This document shows, piece by piece, positions 1 to 11,310 of a stretch of 64,000 nucleotides of DNA. The DNA is from Candidatus Minusculum obligatum. GTDB lineage: Bacteria > Patescibacteriota > Minisyncoccia > Phycocordibacterales > Phycocordibacteraceae. A program made the position numbers and the translations under genes. Positions within the stretch are counted from its first letter, which is position 1; the number at the start of each line of letters is the position of its first letter. The notes beneath the pieces were generated by a model that saw only the letters and a list, made by a program, of their open reading frames with translations, did not search any database and was not told where the DNA came from. Location: positions 310,769-374,768 of the forward strand of contig CP174360.1 in assembly GCA_045401155.1 (NCBI GenBank). Direction: 5' to 3'.

Positions 1-1609
1 TGTCTCACCGTACGTAAAGCTAAAGAAAGCGGGGCGGTACTACAAAGGACTTTCTCCTTTTACCAAGGAGAAAACACCATCGTTCTTTGTATCTCCAGAT
101 CGGGGAACGTATCACTGCTTTTCAAGCAATCAGGGGGGGGACATCTTCACGTTCATTGAAAAGATGGAAGGAGTGGACTTTAAAGGTGCACTTAAGATTC
201 TTGCAGAGCGTGCTGGTGTAGAGATTGTCTATGAAGCACCCAAGAAAAAGGATGCGAGAGACAAACTCTATCAAGCAGTCGCTTTGGCTGAGCAGTTCTA
301 TAAAGAGCAGCTGCAGGGAAGTGCTCTTGCAAAGGAGTATGCCAAGAGTCGGAATATCACAGGAGAAACTGCACGCGATTGGGGGATTGGATATGCGCCA
401 GATGATTGGCGACAATTCCTCTCTTACGCTGAAGAGAAGGGAATAGATGTAAAAACTCTTCTTAGTGCGGGTCTCATAAAGGAGGCAGATGGCAAGAAAG
501 GAACGTATTACGATAGGTTTCGTAATCGCCTAATGTTTCCGATTCGTGATATTGCGGGGCGTGTGGTTGGATTTTCTGGCCGCACACTCGGCGATGATGC
601 TGCAAAGTACCTAAACTCACCTGAGACTGAGATCTACAAGAAATCAGAGCTCCTCTATGGTCTTGATATGGCAAAGCAGGAGATGCGATCTCGTGGTTAC
701 GTACTTGTGGTAGAGGGACAGATGGATTTGATTCTTGCGCATCAAGCAGGATTTACAAATACCATCGCACTCTCTGGTACCGCATTTACGCAGACGCAGA
801 TGAGTCTTGTGATGCGCTTTAGCAAGAATGTCATGCTCGCGCTTGATAGTGATAAGGCAGGTATAAGTTCTGCTGAGAAGTCAGCACTACTTGCGCTGTC
901 TCTTGGATGTAAGGTGAAGGTGGTACCGATGCCAGAGGGTGAAGATCCTGCTGACATTATTGGGAAAGATCCAAAGGTATTCACCGACATGGTGAAGAAG
1001 TCAGTGCACATTATTGATTTCTTAACCGCACACTATATCAAGAGTGCGCACGATACTCGGGCGGCACTGGCATTAGTTGAGGAGCACGTGCTCCCACTTG
1101 TGAAAGTGATTGTAAGTCCTATTGAGCGTGAACACTTTGTTAATGAGGTTGCGGAGATGCTTGGGGTATCAAATACCGCAGTATCTGAAGCACTTCAAAA
1201 TGTTAGTGTGACTCCTGTCGAAGTACAGGAAGTTAAAAAGGCAGTAGAGGAAACTCCTTCCGTTGATGTGTATATGGGTCGTCGCAGAATGGTGCTAAGT
1301 GCACTCCTAGGGGCGTATAAGGACCATGAGGCGATAGAAACTATTAAATGCACACTAGATGAGCTTGGAGGAGCTCTTCCGGTAGAGGAGAGGGTATACT
1401 TTGAAGTTGAAGAAGCATTTGGGGAATCTCCAAGTACTGAAGATATTGAAACGTACTGTACTGAATGTAAGAGAGAGCATGTAAAGAATGAACTTGCTTC
1501 ATATACGCACAAGATGCGTATTGCAGAGAAAGGAGGGGTTGAGAAGGATGTAGAGGAGTGTGCCAAAAAGGTACAAGAGCTCACCGAAATCCTTCGCACA
1601 TATTCATAA
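1..1609 (+). CDS. dnaG: DNA primase (5' end outside window)
   Basis: Frame open from position 2 ([28 protein letters not shown]...); [33 protein letters not shown] and LDSDKAG; stop overlaps the rpoD start (TAATG). Confidence 0.97.
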   Translation, partial: VSPYVKLKKAGRYYKGLSPFTKEKTPSFFVSPDRGTYHCFSSNQGGDIFTFIEKMEGVDFKGALKILAERAGVEIVYEAPKKKDARDKLYQAVALAEQFYKEQLQGSALAKEYAKSRNITGETARDWGIGYAPDDWRQFLSYAEEKGIDVKTLLSAGLIKEADGKKGTYYDRFRNRLMFPIRDIAGRVVGFSGRTLGDDAAKYLNSPETEIYKKSELLYGLDMAKQEMRSRGYVLVVEGQMDLILAHQAGFTNTIALSGTAFTQTQMSLVMRFSKNVMLALDSDKAGISSAEKSALLALSLGCKVKVVPMPEGEDPADIIGKDPKVFTDMVKKSVHIIDFLTAHYIKSAHDTRAALALVEEHVLPLVKVIVSPIEREHFVNEVAEMLGVSNTAVSEALQNVSVTPVEVQEVKKAVEETPSVDVYMGRRRMVLSALLGAYKDHEAIETIKCTLDELGGALPVEERVYFEVEEAFGESPSTEDIETYCTECKREHVKNELASYTHKMRIAEKGGVEKDVEECAKKVQELTEILRTYS

Positions 1610-2883
1610 TGGCAACAAAGAAAACAACAACTAAAAAAGTGACTAAGAAAGGCGTGACCAAAACGTCTAAGACGACTGCTGCGCGTAAGACAGCAACTAA
1701 AAAGACCGCACCAAAGAAAACTGCGGCAAAAAAGACGGTAACAAAAACTACCGCAAAGAAAGCGCCTGCCAAGAAAGCTGCACCAAAGAAAAAGGCAGTA
1801 ACAGGGAAAGTGAAGAAGATGCAGGAGCAGGCAGAGGCGCTTGTTGATAAGGGGCGTTCACGAGGATACGTTACCTACAGCGAAATTTTAAAAGAGTTCC
1901 CAGATATTGAAAAAAACATTCCATTTCTTGAGGAAATGTATGAGCGATTCAATACTGTTGGTGTTGATGTGCTTGAGGGAGGAGGAATGCTTGAAAATGA
2001 TGCGGATGAGTATCTGCAGAATCGAAATGTATATCGAAAGGGAGAAGGTGGAGGATATGACTCTATCCAGATCTACCTTCGAGAAATTGGACAGTACCCA
2101 CTCCTAAATGCGGCGCAGGAGCGTGATCTTGCGAAGCGTATTGTAGAGGGAGATGAGGAAGCTAAGCATATCCTTGCACGAAGTAACCTTCGTCTTGTAG
2201 TTTCTATTGCAAAGAAGTATGCAAATAGAAGTCCAGATCTTACACTTCTTGATCTTATTCAGGAGGGAAATATCGGACTGTATAAGGCAGTAGAGAAGTT
2301 TGACTATACAAAGGGGTATAAGTTCTCTACATATGCGACATGGTGGATTCGTCAGGCGATTACACGAGCGCTTGCTGATCAGTCACGAACTATTCGTATT
2401 CCTGTGCATATGGTTGAGACTATCGCTAAGTACAAGCAGGTCTCACGACGGCTCTCGCAGGCTCTAGGACGTGATCCTATGCCAGAGGAGATTGCAGTTG
2501 AGATGAATGTAGAGGTGGAGAAAATCTATCAGATTGAGAAGATCAACCAGGATACACTTTCTCTTGAGAACCCAGTTGGTTCAGATGATGATGAGAAGTC
2601 TACACTTGGAGACTTTATCGCAGATGATCGTATGCCAACTCCAGATCAGGATACTTCAGAGCGCATTCTTTCAGAGCAGCTTGAAGATATTCTTGATGAC
2701 CTATCAGATAAGGAGCGTAAGATTCTTGAGATGCGTCATGGACTTCTAGATGGTGTGTACCACACACTTGAAGAGGTTGGAAAAGAGTTTGGTGTTACGC
2801 GAGAGCGTATTCGTCAGATTGAAGCAAAGGCTCTTGAGAAGATTCGATCTCATGAGAAGGCTCGACGATTGAAGAGCTACTAA
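1609..2883 (+). CDS. rpoD: RNA polymerase primary sigma factor (sigma70) with Lys/Ala/Thr-rich N-terminal extension
   Basis: [58 protein letters not shown]; follows dnaG. Confidence 0.97.
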   Translation: MATKKTTTKKVTKKGVTKTSKTTAARKTATKKTAPKKTAAKKTVTKTTAKKAPAKKAAPKKKAVTGKVKKMQEQAEALVDKGRSRGYVTYSEILKEFPDIEKNIPFLEEMYERFNTVGVDVLEGGGMLENDADEYLQNRNVYRKGEGGGYDSIQIYLREIGQYPLLNAAQERDLAKRIVEGDEEAKHILARSNLRLVVSIAKKYANRSPDLTLLDLIQEGNIGLYKAVEKFDYTKGYKFSTYATWWIRQAITRALADQSRTIRIPVHMVETIAKYKQVSRRLSQALGRDPMPEEIAVEMNVEVEKIYQIEKINQDTLSLENPVGSDDDEKSTLGDFIADDRMPTPDQDTSERILSEQLEDILDDLSDKERKILEMRHGLLDGVYHTLEEVGKEFGVTRERIRQIEAKALEKIRSHEKARRLKSY

Positions 2884-2884
2884 C

Positions 2885-2912
2885 AAAAAGCCCCGCATGA
2901 GCGGGGCTTTTT
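2885..2912. terminator. Bidirectional intrinsic terminator
   Basis: AAAAAGCCCCGC-ATGA-GCGGGGCTTTTT between convergent genes. Confidence 0.9.
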
Positions 2913-2920
2913 GTTTTGTC

Positions 2921-4258
2921 TTAGTGACTTTCTACCATTTCTTGTTGAGGTGTGTGTGGTGATGCTTCTACGTACTCTGGTGTGAAGAGCGCGTATTGTC
3001 CAACCCATACTGCGATAGCAAGGAAGTATCCCACAAGTACAGGAGTGAATGCATACCGTGCATATTTACCAAAGGTAAGCTCTGGTACCATTCCTGCAGC
3101 AATAACTCCAGCCACAGATCCCACAAGAAGAAGAGATCCTCCTGTTCCTACCGTCACGGCAGTAAGCGCCCACAATGCAGGATTTTCAATGTGGATCAGG
3201 TCAATCGCAAGAGCGGTAAGTGGCACGTTATCAACGATAGCTGAGAGTAGTCCCATTACTGAGCTTCCAATTCCAAGGCGCATGATGCTTGGTGCTTCTC
3301 CAAACACAAGAAGAGATAGTGCATCAAGCAGCCCAAGTGCTCCAAGAGCTGAAACTGAGAGCAAGATTCCGATAAAGAACTTAATTGAAGCGATATCTGT
3401 TTTTTGCACAAGGCGCTCTAGGTTTGTTTGCTTTGTCTCAAAGTCTTGTTTTGAGTGGTGCTTAAAGTATTCAATAAACAGCCATGTGACTCCAAGACCA
3501 AAGAGAAGCCCTAGGTACGGAGGAAGGTGCGCTAGGTGGAAGATAACCGGTAGTGTAAAGCTTCCAAAAGCAAGAGTAATAACCGTCTTCTCTGGAGCAC
3601 ATAGGCGCACCTCTTCGCACTTTTCATTTCCACCACGATTTTTAGATAGGTGGTTACCAATCAAGAATGTTGCAACAAGTCCCATCGCAAGAGATGGAAG
3701 GAATCCCCAAGAGATAATCTGAATCGCTGAGAATTTATCAGCAAGCCACAGCATGATTGTTGTAACGTCTCCAATAGGACTCCATGCTCCACCAGCATTT
3801 GCCAGAATTACAATTCCGGTTACGGCAATAAGTAGACGCTCTTCAGCAAAGAATCGTCGTGCGATCTGCACCATAATGATCGTAACTGTCAGGTTATCGA
3901 GTACTGCAGAGAAAAAGAATGTAAGCGCTGCAATAAGGAAGAACTGTCCTCGGTCTCCGAGTCCCAGTTGTGTAATTTTTGCACGTACCACATCAAAGAA
4001 GCGGTAGTGGATCAAAACCTCAACCAGTGTCATTGCAGCAAGCAAGAAGGTGATAAGACCAAAGATCTCAGCACCGGCATGATTTAGAAGCTCTGTAATT
4101 GTATTCGAGTTAAGCCCAGAAAATGCAACGGTGGTCCAAAGGAGCGCCGCCATAAGGAGGGCAATACCAGACTTGTGAGTCTTTACGGTATGCTCAAGTG
4201 TAATAAATAGGTATCCAGCAATGAAAATCGCAACGGCAATAACTGAAAGGGATAACAT
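2921..4258 (-). CDS. nhaD: Na+/H+ antiporter, NhaD family
   Basis: SAVLDNLTVTI, ANAGGAWSPIGDVTTIMLW, SAIVDNVPL, GGSLLLVGSVAGV; many TM helices. Confidence 0.9.
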   Translation of the reverse strand: MLSLSVIAVAIFIAGYLFITLEHTVKTHKSGIALLMAALLWTTVAFSGLNSNTITELLNHAGAEIFGLITFLLAAMTLVEVLIHYRFFDVVRAKITQLGLGDRGQFFLIAALTFFFSAVLDNLTVTIIMVQIARRFFAEERLLIAVTGIVILANAGGAWSPIGDVTTIMLWLADKFSAIQIISWGFLPSLAMGLVATFLIGNHLSKNRGGNEKCEEVRLCAPEKTVITLAFGSFTLPVIFHLAHLPPYLGLLFGLGVTWLFIEYFKHHSKQDFETKQTNLERLVQKTDIASIKFFIGILLSVSALGALGLLDALSLLVFGEAPSIMRLGIGSSVMGLLSAIVDNVPLTALAIDLIHIENPALWALTAVTVGTGGSLLLVGSVAGVIAAGMVPELTFGKYARYAFTPVLVGYFLAIAVWVGQYALFTPEYVEASPHTPQQEMVESH

Positions 4259-4380
4259 AGTTGTTTTGTTAGAAAAATAAAGCACCGGCAACCTCGCCGG
4301 AGTAATGAGGAAGATATCACATTTTTAGGCAAATAAAAGCGTTTTTGCACCTTCTGTGTACACGGTATACTGGGGTATAT

Positions 4381-7245
4381 ATGAATGCGTTTGAAGAGGC
4401 ATATGGGCGGTTAAATGAAGCTCAGAAAGAAGCGGTAGATACGATAGATGGACCCGTGATGGTTATCGCAGGTCCCGGGACAGGAAAGACCCAGATTCTA
4501 ACGCTTCGCATCGCAAATATTCTAAAGCAAACAGACACGCCAGCTTCTGCAATTTTGGCGCTTACCTATACAGAGGCGGGAGTGTCCGCTATGCGTGAGC
4601 GGCTTGCTTCTTTTATCGGCGGGGAAGCATATGCCGTTCGTATTCACACGTACCACTCATTTGCAGAGAGTTTGATTAGTGAGTATGGATCATACCTTCC
4701 ACGGCTTCGAGATGGGGTGTTGGTAGATGATGTAGATCAACGAGAAGTGCTAGAGCGAGCTTTTGATAGCGTGTCCGTACCGCTACTTACTACTCGTGCA
4801 AATCCATATCGTGCACTTTCTGAAGTGTCTCGATTTATAGATGAGGCAAAGCGAGAGCTTTACACGCCAGAGAAGTTGCGGGAAGAATATAAAGAAGATG
4901 AGGTGCGCATTAAGTCTCAAGGAGATTTTGTACATGAGAAGGGTGCACATAAAGGAAAGATAAAAGGTGAGTATGTGAAAGCGCTACAAAAGATTGAGAA
5001 AAATCTTCAGGCCACTGATGTGTTTGAGGCGTATGAAAAGATTTTACAAAAGGAGCAAAAGTATGATTTTCAAGATTTGTTGCTCGATGTGGTTTCTGCG
5101 CTTAAAGAGCATGAGGAGTTTAAGTTAATGCTTCAAGAGAGTTTCCATTATTTCCTTGCAGATGAGCATCAGGATGCCAATGCTACGCAGAATGAAATCT
5201 TGCTCTTACTTTCAGATTTCCATGAGAATCCAAATGTGTTTGTAGTGGGGGATGAGAAGCAGGCTATCTATCGGTTCCAGGGGGCAGACCTCGATACGTT
5301 TTTAACACTCAAGGAGCGGTATCCAGAATCAAAAGTTATTTTGCTTGATACTAATTACCGCTCTTCTCAAGAGGTGCTGGATGCAGCTCATACACTTATT
5401 GGGAAGGCTCCGATTCCAGATCCTTCTTTGCGGAAAGAGCTTACAGCGCACCATGGAAATAATGTAAAAGTTTCTTTGCTTGCTGCAGAAGATTATGAAA
5501 AAGAAATAAATGCAGTCATTTCATATATACAGGACAAGGTGGATTCAGGAGTTGCACTCGAGGATATAGCTGTGCTTGTTCGAAATAATAAGGATGCATT
5601 TCCTATTGCTAATGCGTGCTTTAGAGCGGGTATTCCATATGCGCTTCGAGCAAAAGAAAATGCGCTAGAGCACGCATTTTCTAAACTGTATATTCATCTT
5701 CTAAAGGGCATATGGGATTTTGATCCTGTATCACTTAGTCGAGCATTGTTTATTCCAGGAATCGTAGAGGATGCAACAGAGCGCCTTAGGGTGATTGAGG
5801 TACTGCGTAATAAAGAAGATCATGAGACTGTAGGGGTATTTAAAGAGTTGCATGAAGAAGTACATGCGCTTCCTGCAGTTAGGGCGATTCCACACATTCT
5901 TTCTAAATGTAATGTTATTTCAGGAGTCGCGTCTCGCTTTGATGCTGCAGAGCTCTATGTAGTGCTTGAGGCGCTGCTATCTGACATGGAGAAGTTCTCT
6001 GCGCTTCATCCTGGGGCGGATATCGGAGAGTATTTAGATCGACTTACACGCATTCAAAAGCATGAGCTATCAGTTGTTTCTTCAAAGAAGAAAACCACGG
6101 GTGTACAGATTCTAACTGCACATAGTGCAAAGGGTCTTGAGTTTCCATATGTTGTCATCCCATTTGCGACAGATCGCAGGTATGGAAGCAAGCGAGCAAG
6201 TGAATTATCCATTCCAGGATCATTTGAGGCAGAAGAGCATGATGAGCGGCGCCTTTTGTATGTGGCGCTTACGCGAGCAGAAAAAGAGGCGTGTATTACA
6301 TATGCAAAGAAAAATAGTATGGGGCGCAGTGAGACACCGTCTCGATTTATTTACGACATGGAGGAGCTGCTAGAAGATATGAATGTAAAAGAGATTAATC
6401 TGCCACTTCTTGCGGAAGAAAAAGAAATATCTCTTATTGATCCAGAGTTTATAAAAGAAAGACTACTTACACTTGGACTATCTGCTACAGCGTATGGAAA
6501 TTACAAAGCATCTCCATGGAAGTATTTCTTTAGGAATTTAATAAGATTGCCGGAAGGGAAGACAATCCCACTTATTTACGGGTCAGCAATTCATAGGGCA
6601 CTTGAGGAGGCAGGGAAACAAGCATTTAAAGGAGAAGAAATTTCTATTCCTGCAGTACTTTCTGTATTTGAAAATGAAATGCAAAAAGCTCCACTTACAG
6701 AGAAAGAAAAAGAAGAGCACATTCCTTCTGGAAAAGAGCTGCTTGAGGAGTATTTGGGGCAGGCAAGTTTTGCAAAAGAAGGTGCAGTTGAGTTTAGCGT
6801 GTCCGTGCCATTTGAAGTGCCAGGAGTAGGAGAAGTTTTGTTAAAGGGAAATCTAGATCGTATTGATGTAGTAGATGGTGGTGTCGTGGTGCTTGATTAT
6901 AAGACTGGCGCGCCAAAGAGTGAGAATCAGATACGAGGATTAACTGCAGAGGCGGATCCTTCATATTACGTGCAGCTTATGTTCTATGCACTTCTTCTAA
7001 AGCACGATCCACAAAAGCGCTATCACATGAAAGAAGGTGTACTTGAGTTTGTAGAGAAGAATCAGACAGGGAAGTATGTGTCTCGACGATTTGTGATTGA
7101 TGAGAAGGAGCTAGAGGAGTTTGAGGAAGAGTTAAAGAAAGATATTGCTGATATAGCAAACGGCGCACTAATAAGTGCGCCGCCAGCTGATGAGTATCTC
7201 GAATTAATTGAGATGCTTATGAAGAAGAAAGAATCTGATCAATAA
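4381..7245 (+). CDS. UvrD/PcrA-family helicase with C-terminal PD-(D/E)XK nuclease domain
   Basis: AGPGTGKT, DEHQD, VGDEKQAIYRFQGA, NYRS, TAHSAKGLEF, ERRLLYVALTRA; C-terminal GNLDRID...DYKTG...QLMFYALL. Confidence 0.92.
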   Translation: MNAFEEAYGRLNEAQKEAVDTIDGPVMVIAGPGTGKTQILTLRIANILKQTDTPASAILALTYTEAGVSAMRERLASFIGGEAYAVRIHTYHSFAESLISEYGSYLPRLRDGVLVDDVDQREVLERAFDSVSVPLLTTRANPYRALSEVSRFIDEAKRELYTPEKLREEYKEDEVRIKSQGDFVHEKGAHKGKIKGEYVKALQKIEKNLQATDVFEAYEKILQKEQKYDFQDLLLDVVSALKEHEEFKLMLQESFHYFLADEHQDANATQNEILLLLSDFHENPNVFVVGDEKQAIYRFQGADLDTFLTLKERYPESKVILLDTNYRSSQEVLDAAHTLIGKAPIPDPSLRKELTAHHGNNVKVSLLAAEDYEKEINAVISYIQDKVDSGVALEDIAVLVRNNKDAFPIANACFRAGIPYALRAKENALEHAFSKLYIHLLKGIWDFDPVSLSRALFIPGIVEDATERLRVIEVLRNKEDHETVGVFKELHEEVHALPAVRAIPHILSKCNVISGVASRFDAAELYVVLEALLSDMEKFSALHPGADIGEYLDRLTRIQKHELSVVSSKKKTTGVQILTAHSAKGLEFPYVVIPFATDRRYGSKRASELSIPGSFEAEEHDERRLLYVALTRAEKEACITYAKKNSMGRSETPSRFIYDMEELLEDMNVKEINLPLLAEEKEISLIDPEFIKERLLTLGLSATAYGNYKASPWKYFFRNLIRLPEGKTIPLIYGSAIHRALEEAGKQAFKGEEISIPAVLSVFENEMQKAPLTEKEKEEHIPSGKELLEEYLGQASFAKEGAVEFSVSVPFEVPGVGEVLLKGNLDRIDVVDGGVVVLDYKTGAPKSENQIRGLTAEADPSYYVQLMFYALLLKHDPQKRYHMKEGVLEFVEKNQTGKYVSRRFVIDEKELEEFEEELKKDIADIANGALISAPPADEYLELIEMLMKKKESDQ

Positions 7246-7897
7246 CTCCTTTCATTTGCTCATATGGTAGAGCGCTTGAGAAGCTTGCAGGATCCTGCCC
7301 TTCTACAAGAACAATGTTAAATGGTGTTCCTGTAGCTCCTGCTGCGATAGCAGTGTTAAACGACTCTTCAATTTTAGTCATAAGAGATCCGTCAGCAATA
7401 CATGCTTCAAAAGCCTGTGTATCTAGACCAATTTCCGCTGCGAACTCACTATATCGAGAAGGATCAGTTTGTTGATTTCCTGGGGCGTTCTCTAGCATAA
7501 CGTCAATGATGCTCCAGAATGACTCATTTCCTCCAACTTCTGCTGCACACTCAGCTGCTAGTGCGTGTCGTGCTGCGTTTGGATGAATGCTTGTAAGAGG
7601 GAAGTGTCGGTACACCCACGCCACGTCTCCAGATGGACCATATTCATCAATAATTTGCTTCATGGTCTCATGGAAGTTCTTACAGAATGGACAATCAATA
7701 TCTGAGTATTCAATGATTGTGATCTTTGCATTAGGGCTCCCAAGGATGTGATCATCCTCAGTTACAGGAAGCGCCACTGTTACATCAGCCTCCTGTTGAT
7801 TTTGAGGTGCAGATGGTGCATTTGAGCTATAAAATACCGCGCCAGCAATCAGAAGTCCTGCCACTACGATCGCTCCGGGAATTGCAATTTTTGCCAT
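7217..7897 (-). CDS. DsbA-family thiol-disulfide oxidoreductase, membrane anchored
   Basis: EYSDIDCPFC, YRHFPL, GATGTP; N-terminal TM helix. Confidence 0.9.
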   Translation of the reverse strand: MAKIAIPGAIVVAGLLIAGAVFYSSNAPSAPQNQQEADVTVALPVTEDDHILGSPNAKITIIEYSDIDCPFCKNFHETMKQIIDEYGPSGDVAWVYRHFPLTSIHPNAARHALAAECAAEVGGNESFWSIIDVMLENAPGNQQTDPSRYSEFAAEIGLDTQAFEACIADGSLMTKIEESFNTAIAAGATGTPFNIVLVEGQDPASFSSALPYEQMKGVIDQILSSS

Positions 7898-7938
7898 ATC
7901 AATCAATATTATCGTGCTATTATAGCCGTCAGTATATC

Positions 7939-8748
7939 ATGGAAGTTTTAGTTGCCATTATTCTCGGAATCGTGCAGGGATTGACTGAATTCCTACCTAT
8001 TTCATCTACCGGACACCTTGTTTTAGTACAGGAGTTTTTGGGTGTGGCAGATGTATACGGACTTTCATTTGATGCAATTTTGCACTTAGCTACCGCACTT
8101 GCGGTAGGAATCTATTTCTTTAAGGATTTTTTACGTATCGCGTATGCGTTTTTGTATCGCATTACAGGGCGTCCAGTAAACAAAGAAGATGAGAAGCTTT
8201 TGTGGCTTCTTGTGGTTGGTACGATTCCAGCTGCAGTTCTAGGATTCTTCCTAGAAGGGTATATGGAAACTGTGTTTAGAAGCGCAATCCTTGTTGCGTG
8301 GACACTTATTGTTGGTGCGCTCGTATTTCTTGCTGCGGAGTGGTTCTCTAAGCGATATATGGAGAAGGAAGAAGTACCAACCTTTGCGAAAGCAATTGGT
8401 ATTGGATTCTTTCAAGCGCTTGCGCTTATTCCGGGAATGAGTCGCTCAGGGATGACTATCTCAGGAGGGCTTTTCTTGGGTCTTTCTCGAGAAGCTGCAG
8501 CACGATTTGGATTTATGCTTTCACTTCCAATTATTTTAGGATCAGGAGGGAAGAAGTTTCTAGAACTACTTAATGCAGGAGCATTTGATACAGGAGCAAC
8601 AGCTATTATTTGGGGAAGTATTGCCGCATTTGTAAGTGGTCTTATTGCAATTCATTTCCTTCTAAGGTTTGTAAAGAATCATTCACTTACTGTATTCGCA
8701 GTGTATAGAATTATTTTGGCGGTAATTGTGTTGTGGTGGTTTGTTTGA
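7939..8748 (+). CDS. uppP: Undecaprenyl-diphosphatase
   Basis: GIVQGLTEFLPISSTGHL, PGMSRSGMT. Confidence 0.95.
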   Translation: MEVLVAIILGIVQGLTEFLPISSTGHLVLVQEFLGVADVYGLSFDAILHLATALAVGIYFFKDFLRIAYAFLYRITGRPVNKEDEKLLWLLVVGTIPAAVLGFFLEGYMETVFRSAILVAWTLIVGALVFLAAEWFSKRYMEKEEVPTFAKAIGIGFFQALALIPGMSRSGMTISGGLFLGLSREAAARFGFMLSLPIILGSGGKKFLELLNAGAFDTGATAIIWGSIAAFVSGLIAIHFLLRFVKNHSLTVFAVYRIILAVIVLWWFV

Positions 8749-8774
8749 CAAATACACAATAATTGTGGTATTTT
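8745..8774 (+). promoter_or_regulatory. Putative sigma70 promoter of the orphan gene
   Basis: TTGACA-18 nt-TATTTT, with TG just upstream of the -10. Confidence 0.5.
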
Positions 8775-8824
8775 ATTGCGGGTTTTGACCCTTCACATTA
8801 ACATTGAAATGGGAGATTTCAATC

Positions 8825-9394
8825 ATGAGCAATGCTCAACAGGCAACTGTTCTGGACCAGATGCAGGCTGAACTGGCGGGGATCGATCTCGGTAACTACG
8901 AGATCAATCCGATGGAAGACGAGGGGTTCGATTCGAACCGCATGATTCACGTCGGTCCGGCGCCCGATCAGGTCAAGCGCCTGATCGTGTTGCGGTATCT
9001 TCTCGAGAAGCAACTCGACCAGGAAAAACGCTTTGGCCACAATGCGGTCGAGGTGTTGCGCAATCTCGGTGGCGACGTTGTCGCGACCGTTCGTGCGGTC
9101 AGGGCTATGAAAGATTTCACGGAAATCGATGAAGCTCTCCAGAACATTGCCGACGCGAACGAGCGGATCAATACGCTCTCGCGTAAGCTCGAGCTTCTGA
9201 ACATCCTGACCCAGGAAGAACTTTCTTGCCATTTCGGCGACAAGATTTCCCGGGTCAAGTTTCAGGGCGGTGAAGCCGCCCTCATGGTGATCCTGTCCGA
9301 CTGGACGGTCGCGACGATGAAGGATGCTGAACGCATTTTCGGTCGTCCTGCCGACGGCTTCATGGAAATGCTTCACGAGGCCATGGGCGGCTAG
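8825..9394 (+). CDS. Hypothetical protein, GC-rich orphan
   Basis: Open frame with GC-ending codons, GGGAG SD, own promoter and terminator; no family recognised. Confidence 0.7.
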   Translation: MSNAQQATVLDQMQAELAGIDLGNYEINPMEDEGFDSNRMIHVGPAPDQVKRLIVLRYLLEKQLDQEKRFGHNAVEVLRNLGGDVVATVRAVRAMKDFTEIDEALQNIADANERINTLSRKLELLNILTQEELSCHFGDKISRVKFQGGEAALMVILSDWTVATMKDAERIFGRPADGFMEMLHEAMGG

Positions 9395-9418
9395 GCGACC
9401 CACGTCGTCTCCAGAACA

Positions 9419-9455
9419 AAAAGGTCCCACCAAGTCAGTCTTGGTGGGACCTTTT
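9419..9455. terminator. Bidirectional intrinsic terminator
   Basis: AAAAGGTCCCACCAAG-TCAGT-CTTGGTGGGACCTTTT. Confidence 0.9.
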
Positions 9456-9457
9456 CT

Positions 9458-10033
9458 TTATAGTCCCAGAGTTTGCGTCACCGCGCCTCCATCAGCTTCT
9501 TCCCATGCAGATGTATCAATTTTAATATCCTTAATTTCATTAAGATCTTTCCACTTAATGATCTTATTCTCTTTAGCGTATTCAAAAATATCTTTTGTTA
9601 CTTTTACGTCTTGAAGACAGTACTCACGTACCTTGTCTACTTTTCCTTGCTGCCACCACTCAATAGCTTTAAGCCCATCAGCGCTCTTTCCTTCGCCAAG
9701 CGTTGCTTCAGCTAGGTTGTTGAGACGAATACGTCGTCCAAGAGACCGATGCACATCCTTAAGGAGGTCAATACTTTTAATGCTTGTTAAGTCTCCCGGA
9801 TAGTATTTATTGAGTAGGGGGATATCAAAGGTGTCTGAGTTAAACCCAACGATTGCGTCTGTTGCCTCAAGAAGCGGCCAGAAGTTCTGAAGTTCTTCCA
9901 CAGTGTAGCTGGTGTACTCATCAGTATTGCTGTCATATACGCCCAAGATCGCAATATCAAGCTCTGTTACGTTCTTCTCATTAATATACGGAAGCGTGTC
10001 CGTAGTTTCTATATCAAATACTATGTATCTCAT
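9458..10033 (-). CDS. RNase H-like (DEDD, YprB-type) 3'-5' exonuclease domain protein
   Basis: VFDIET, GFNSDTFDIP, YCLQDV. Confidence 0.8.
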   Translation of the reverse strand: MRYIVFDIETTDTLPYINEKNVTELDIAILGVYDSNTDEYTSYTVEELQNFWPLLEATDAIVGFNSDTFDIPLLNKYYPGDLTSIKSIDLLKDVHRSLGRRIRLNNLAEATLGEGKSADGLKAIEWWQQGKVDKVREYCLQDVKVTKDIFEYAKENKIIKWKDLNEIKDIKIDTSAWEEADGGAVTQTLGL

Positions 10034-11292
10034 AGTTCTTCGTACAGTAGGTCAATTAGATTTTCCTTTTTAGTTTCCACCTCTTCTCCTGTAGAAATGT
10101 TCTTTAGAGTAATAAGAGACCCCTCAGCCTCATCTTCTCCAAATACTACAAGATTTTGAATGCCTCGCTTCTCAGCATCTTTAATCTGCTTATCAAGCTT
10201 TCGATCAAGAATATTTACGATCACTGAGAGACCTTCATTTCGAAGTTCTTCTGCATACTTTTGTGCAGGTTCAATATTGCTCTCTTGTACCGTTGCGATA
10301 TACAGGTCAGGAGTGGTTAGTGTGTCAGGAAGTAGCTCGTGTGCCTCAAGGAAATCAATAAGACGCATATCACTTAGCGCAAATCCAATTGCAGGCATCT
10401 CATCATTTGAGAAAAGGTTTAGAAGGTTGTCATATCGTCCGCCACCAAGAAACGCTTTTTGGTTCTCGGGATCTGTATCAAAGAACTCAAACACAAAGCC
10501 AGTATAGTAATCAAAACCACGGATAAGTGTCGGGTCGTATACGGCATTTTCTACACCGCGTAACTTGAGATTTTTTATGAATTCTTGTGTTTTTTTAAAT
10601 TCTTTTTGAACCTCTTCATTCGTATTGTTTTCTAGATCTGCTAGGGGATCAGCCATGCCGTTAAAGATGTTTTCAAATTGAGCCTCATATTCACCCTTAT
10701 CCATCTTTGCCTTACGGTCTAGCAGGTGTAGATATGCTTTTTTATCATCATCTGACACTCCAGCAGCTTCACATGCTCGATCAAGTAATGCGCGATTGTT
10801 GATACGGATTGTGTACGCTTCATCTCCTACAGAGAAGGCGCGAAGGAGGTTTCGTGCCATGCTAATGATTTCAAGATCAGCTTCTCCTTCAGGAGCACCA
10901 AGAAGATCCACGTCTACTTGATAGAACTCTCGGCCGCGTCCTTTTTGTGGTCGTTCGTATCGAAAACGATTTCCAATTGAGTACCATCTAATTGGAAGAG
11001 GGAGTTCACGTCGTCGTCTTGCAACCATGCGTGCAAGAGTTGGTGTCATTTCAGGACGAAGAGTTACCTCACGATCTCCACGATCTGCAAATGTATATGT
11101 TTGTTCATTTACAATTTCTTCACTTGTTTTTGTTTTATAGAGCTCAGCGCGCTCAAGAGGAGAAGCGTCATATTCTTGGTATCCTGCACGTGAAAGTACA
11201 CCACGAATAGTGGCAAAGAGTGCTTGTTGGAGTGCCTTATCTTCAGGGTAGAAGTCTCGTACACCCTTATATGGGTCTGTATCTAATTTCAT
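10030..11292 (-). CDS. hisS: Histidine--tRNA ligase
   Basis: KGVRDFYP, LRPEMTP, FRYERPQKGRGREFYQ, RGFDYYTG, GGGRYD. Confidence 0.96.
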   Translation of the reverse strand: MKLDTDPYKGVRDFYPEDKALQQALFATIRGVLSRAGYQEYDASPLERAELYKTKTSEEIVNEQTYTFADRGDREVTLRPEMTPTLARMVARRRRELPLPIRWYSIGNRFRYERPQKGRGREFYQVDVDLLGAPEGEADLEIISMARNLLRAFSVGDEAYTIRINNRALLDRACEAAGVSDDDKKAYLHLLDRKAKMDKGEYEAQFENIFNGMADPLADLENNTNEEVQKEFKKTQEFIKNLKLRGVENAVYDPTLIRGFDYYTGFVFEFFDTDPENQKAFLGGGRYDNLLNLFSNDEMPAIGFALSDMRLIDFLEAHELLPDTLTTPDLYIATVQESNIEPAQKYAEELRNEGLSVIVNILDRKLDKQIKDAEKRGIQNLVVFGEDEAEGSLITLKNISTGEEVETKKENLIDLLYEEL

Positions 11293-11310
11293 ATCTTTAT
11301 TCTACAAATC

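Noticed and set aside
2952-3722. Long antisense ORFs (also 8819-9433, 13540-14040, 46587-47321, 48895-49476, 53061-53615)
   Set aside because: Lie opposite well-supported genes and have no recognisable motifs.
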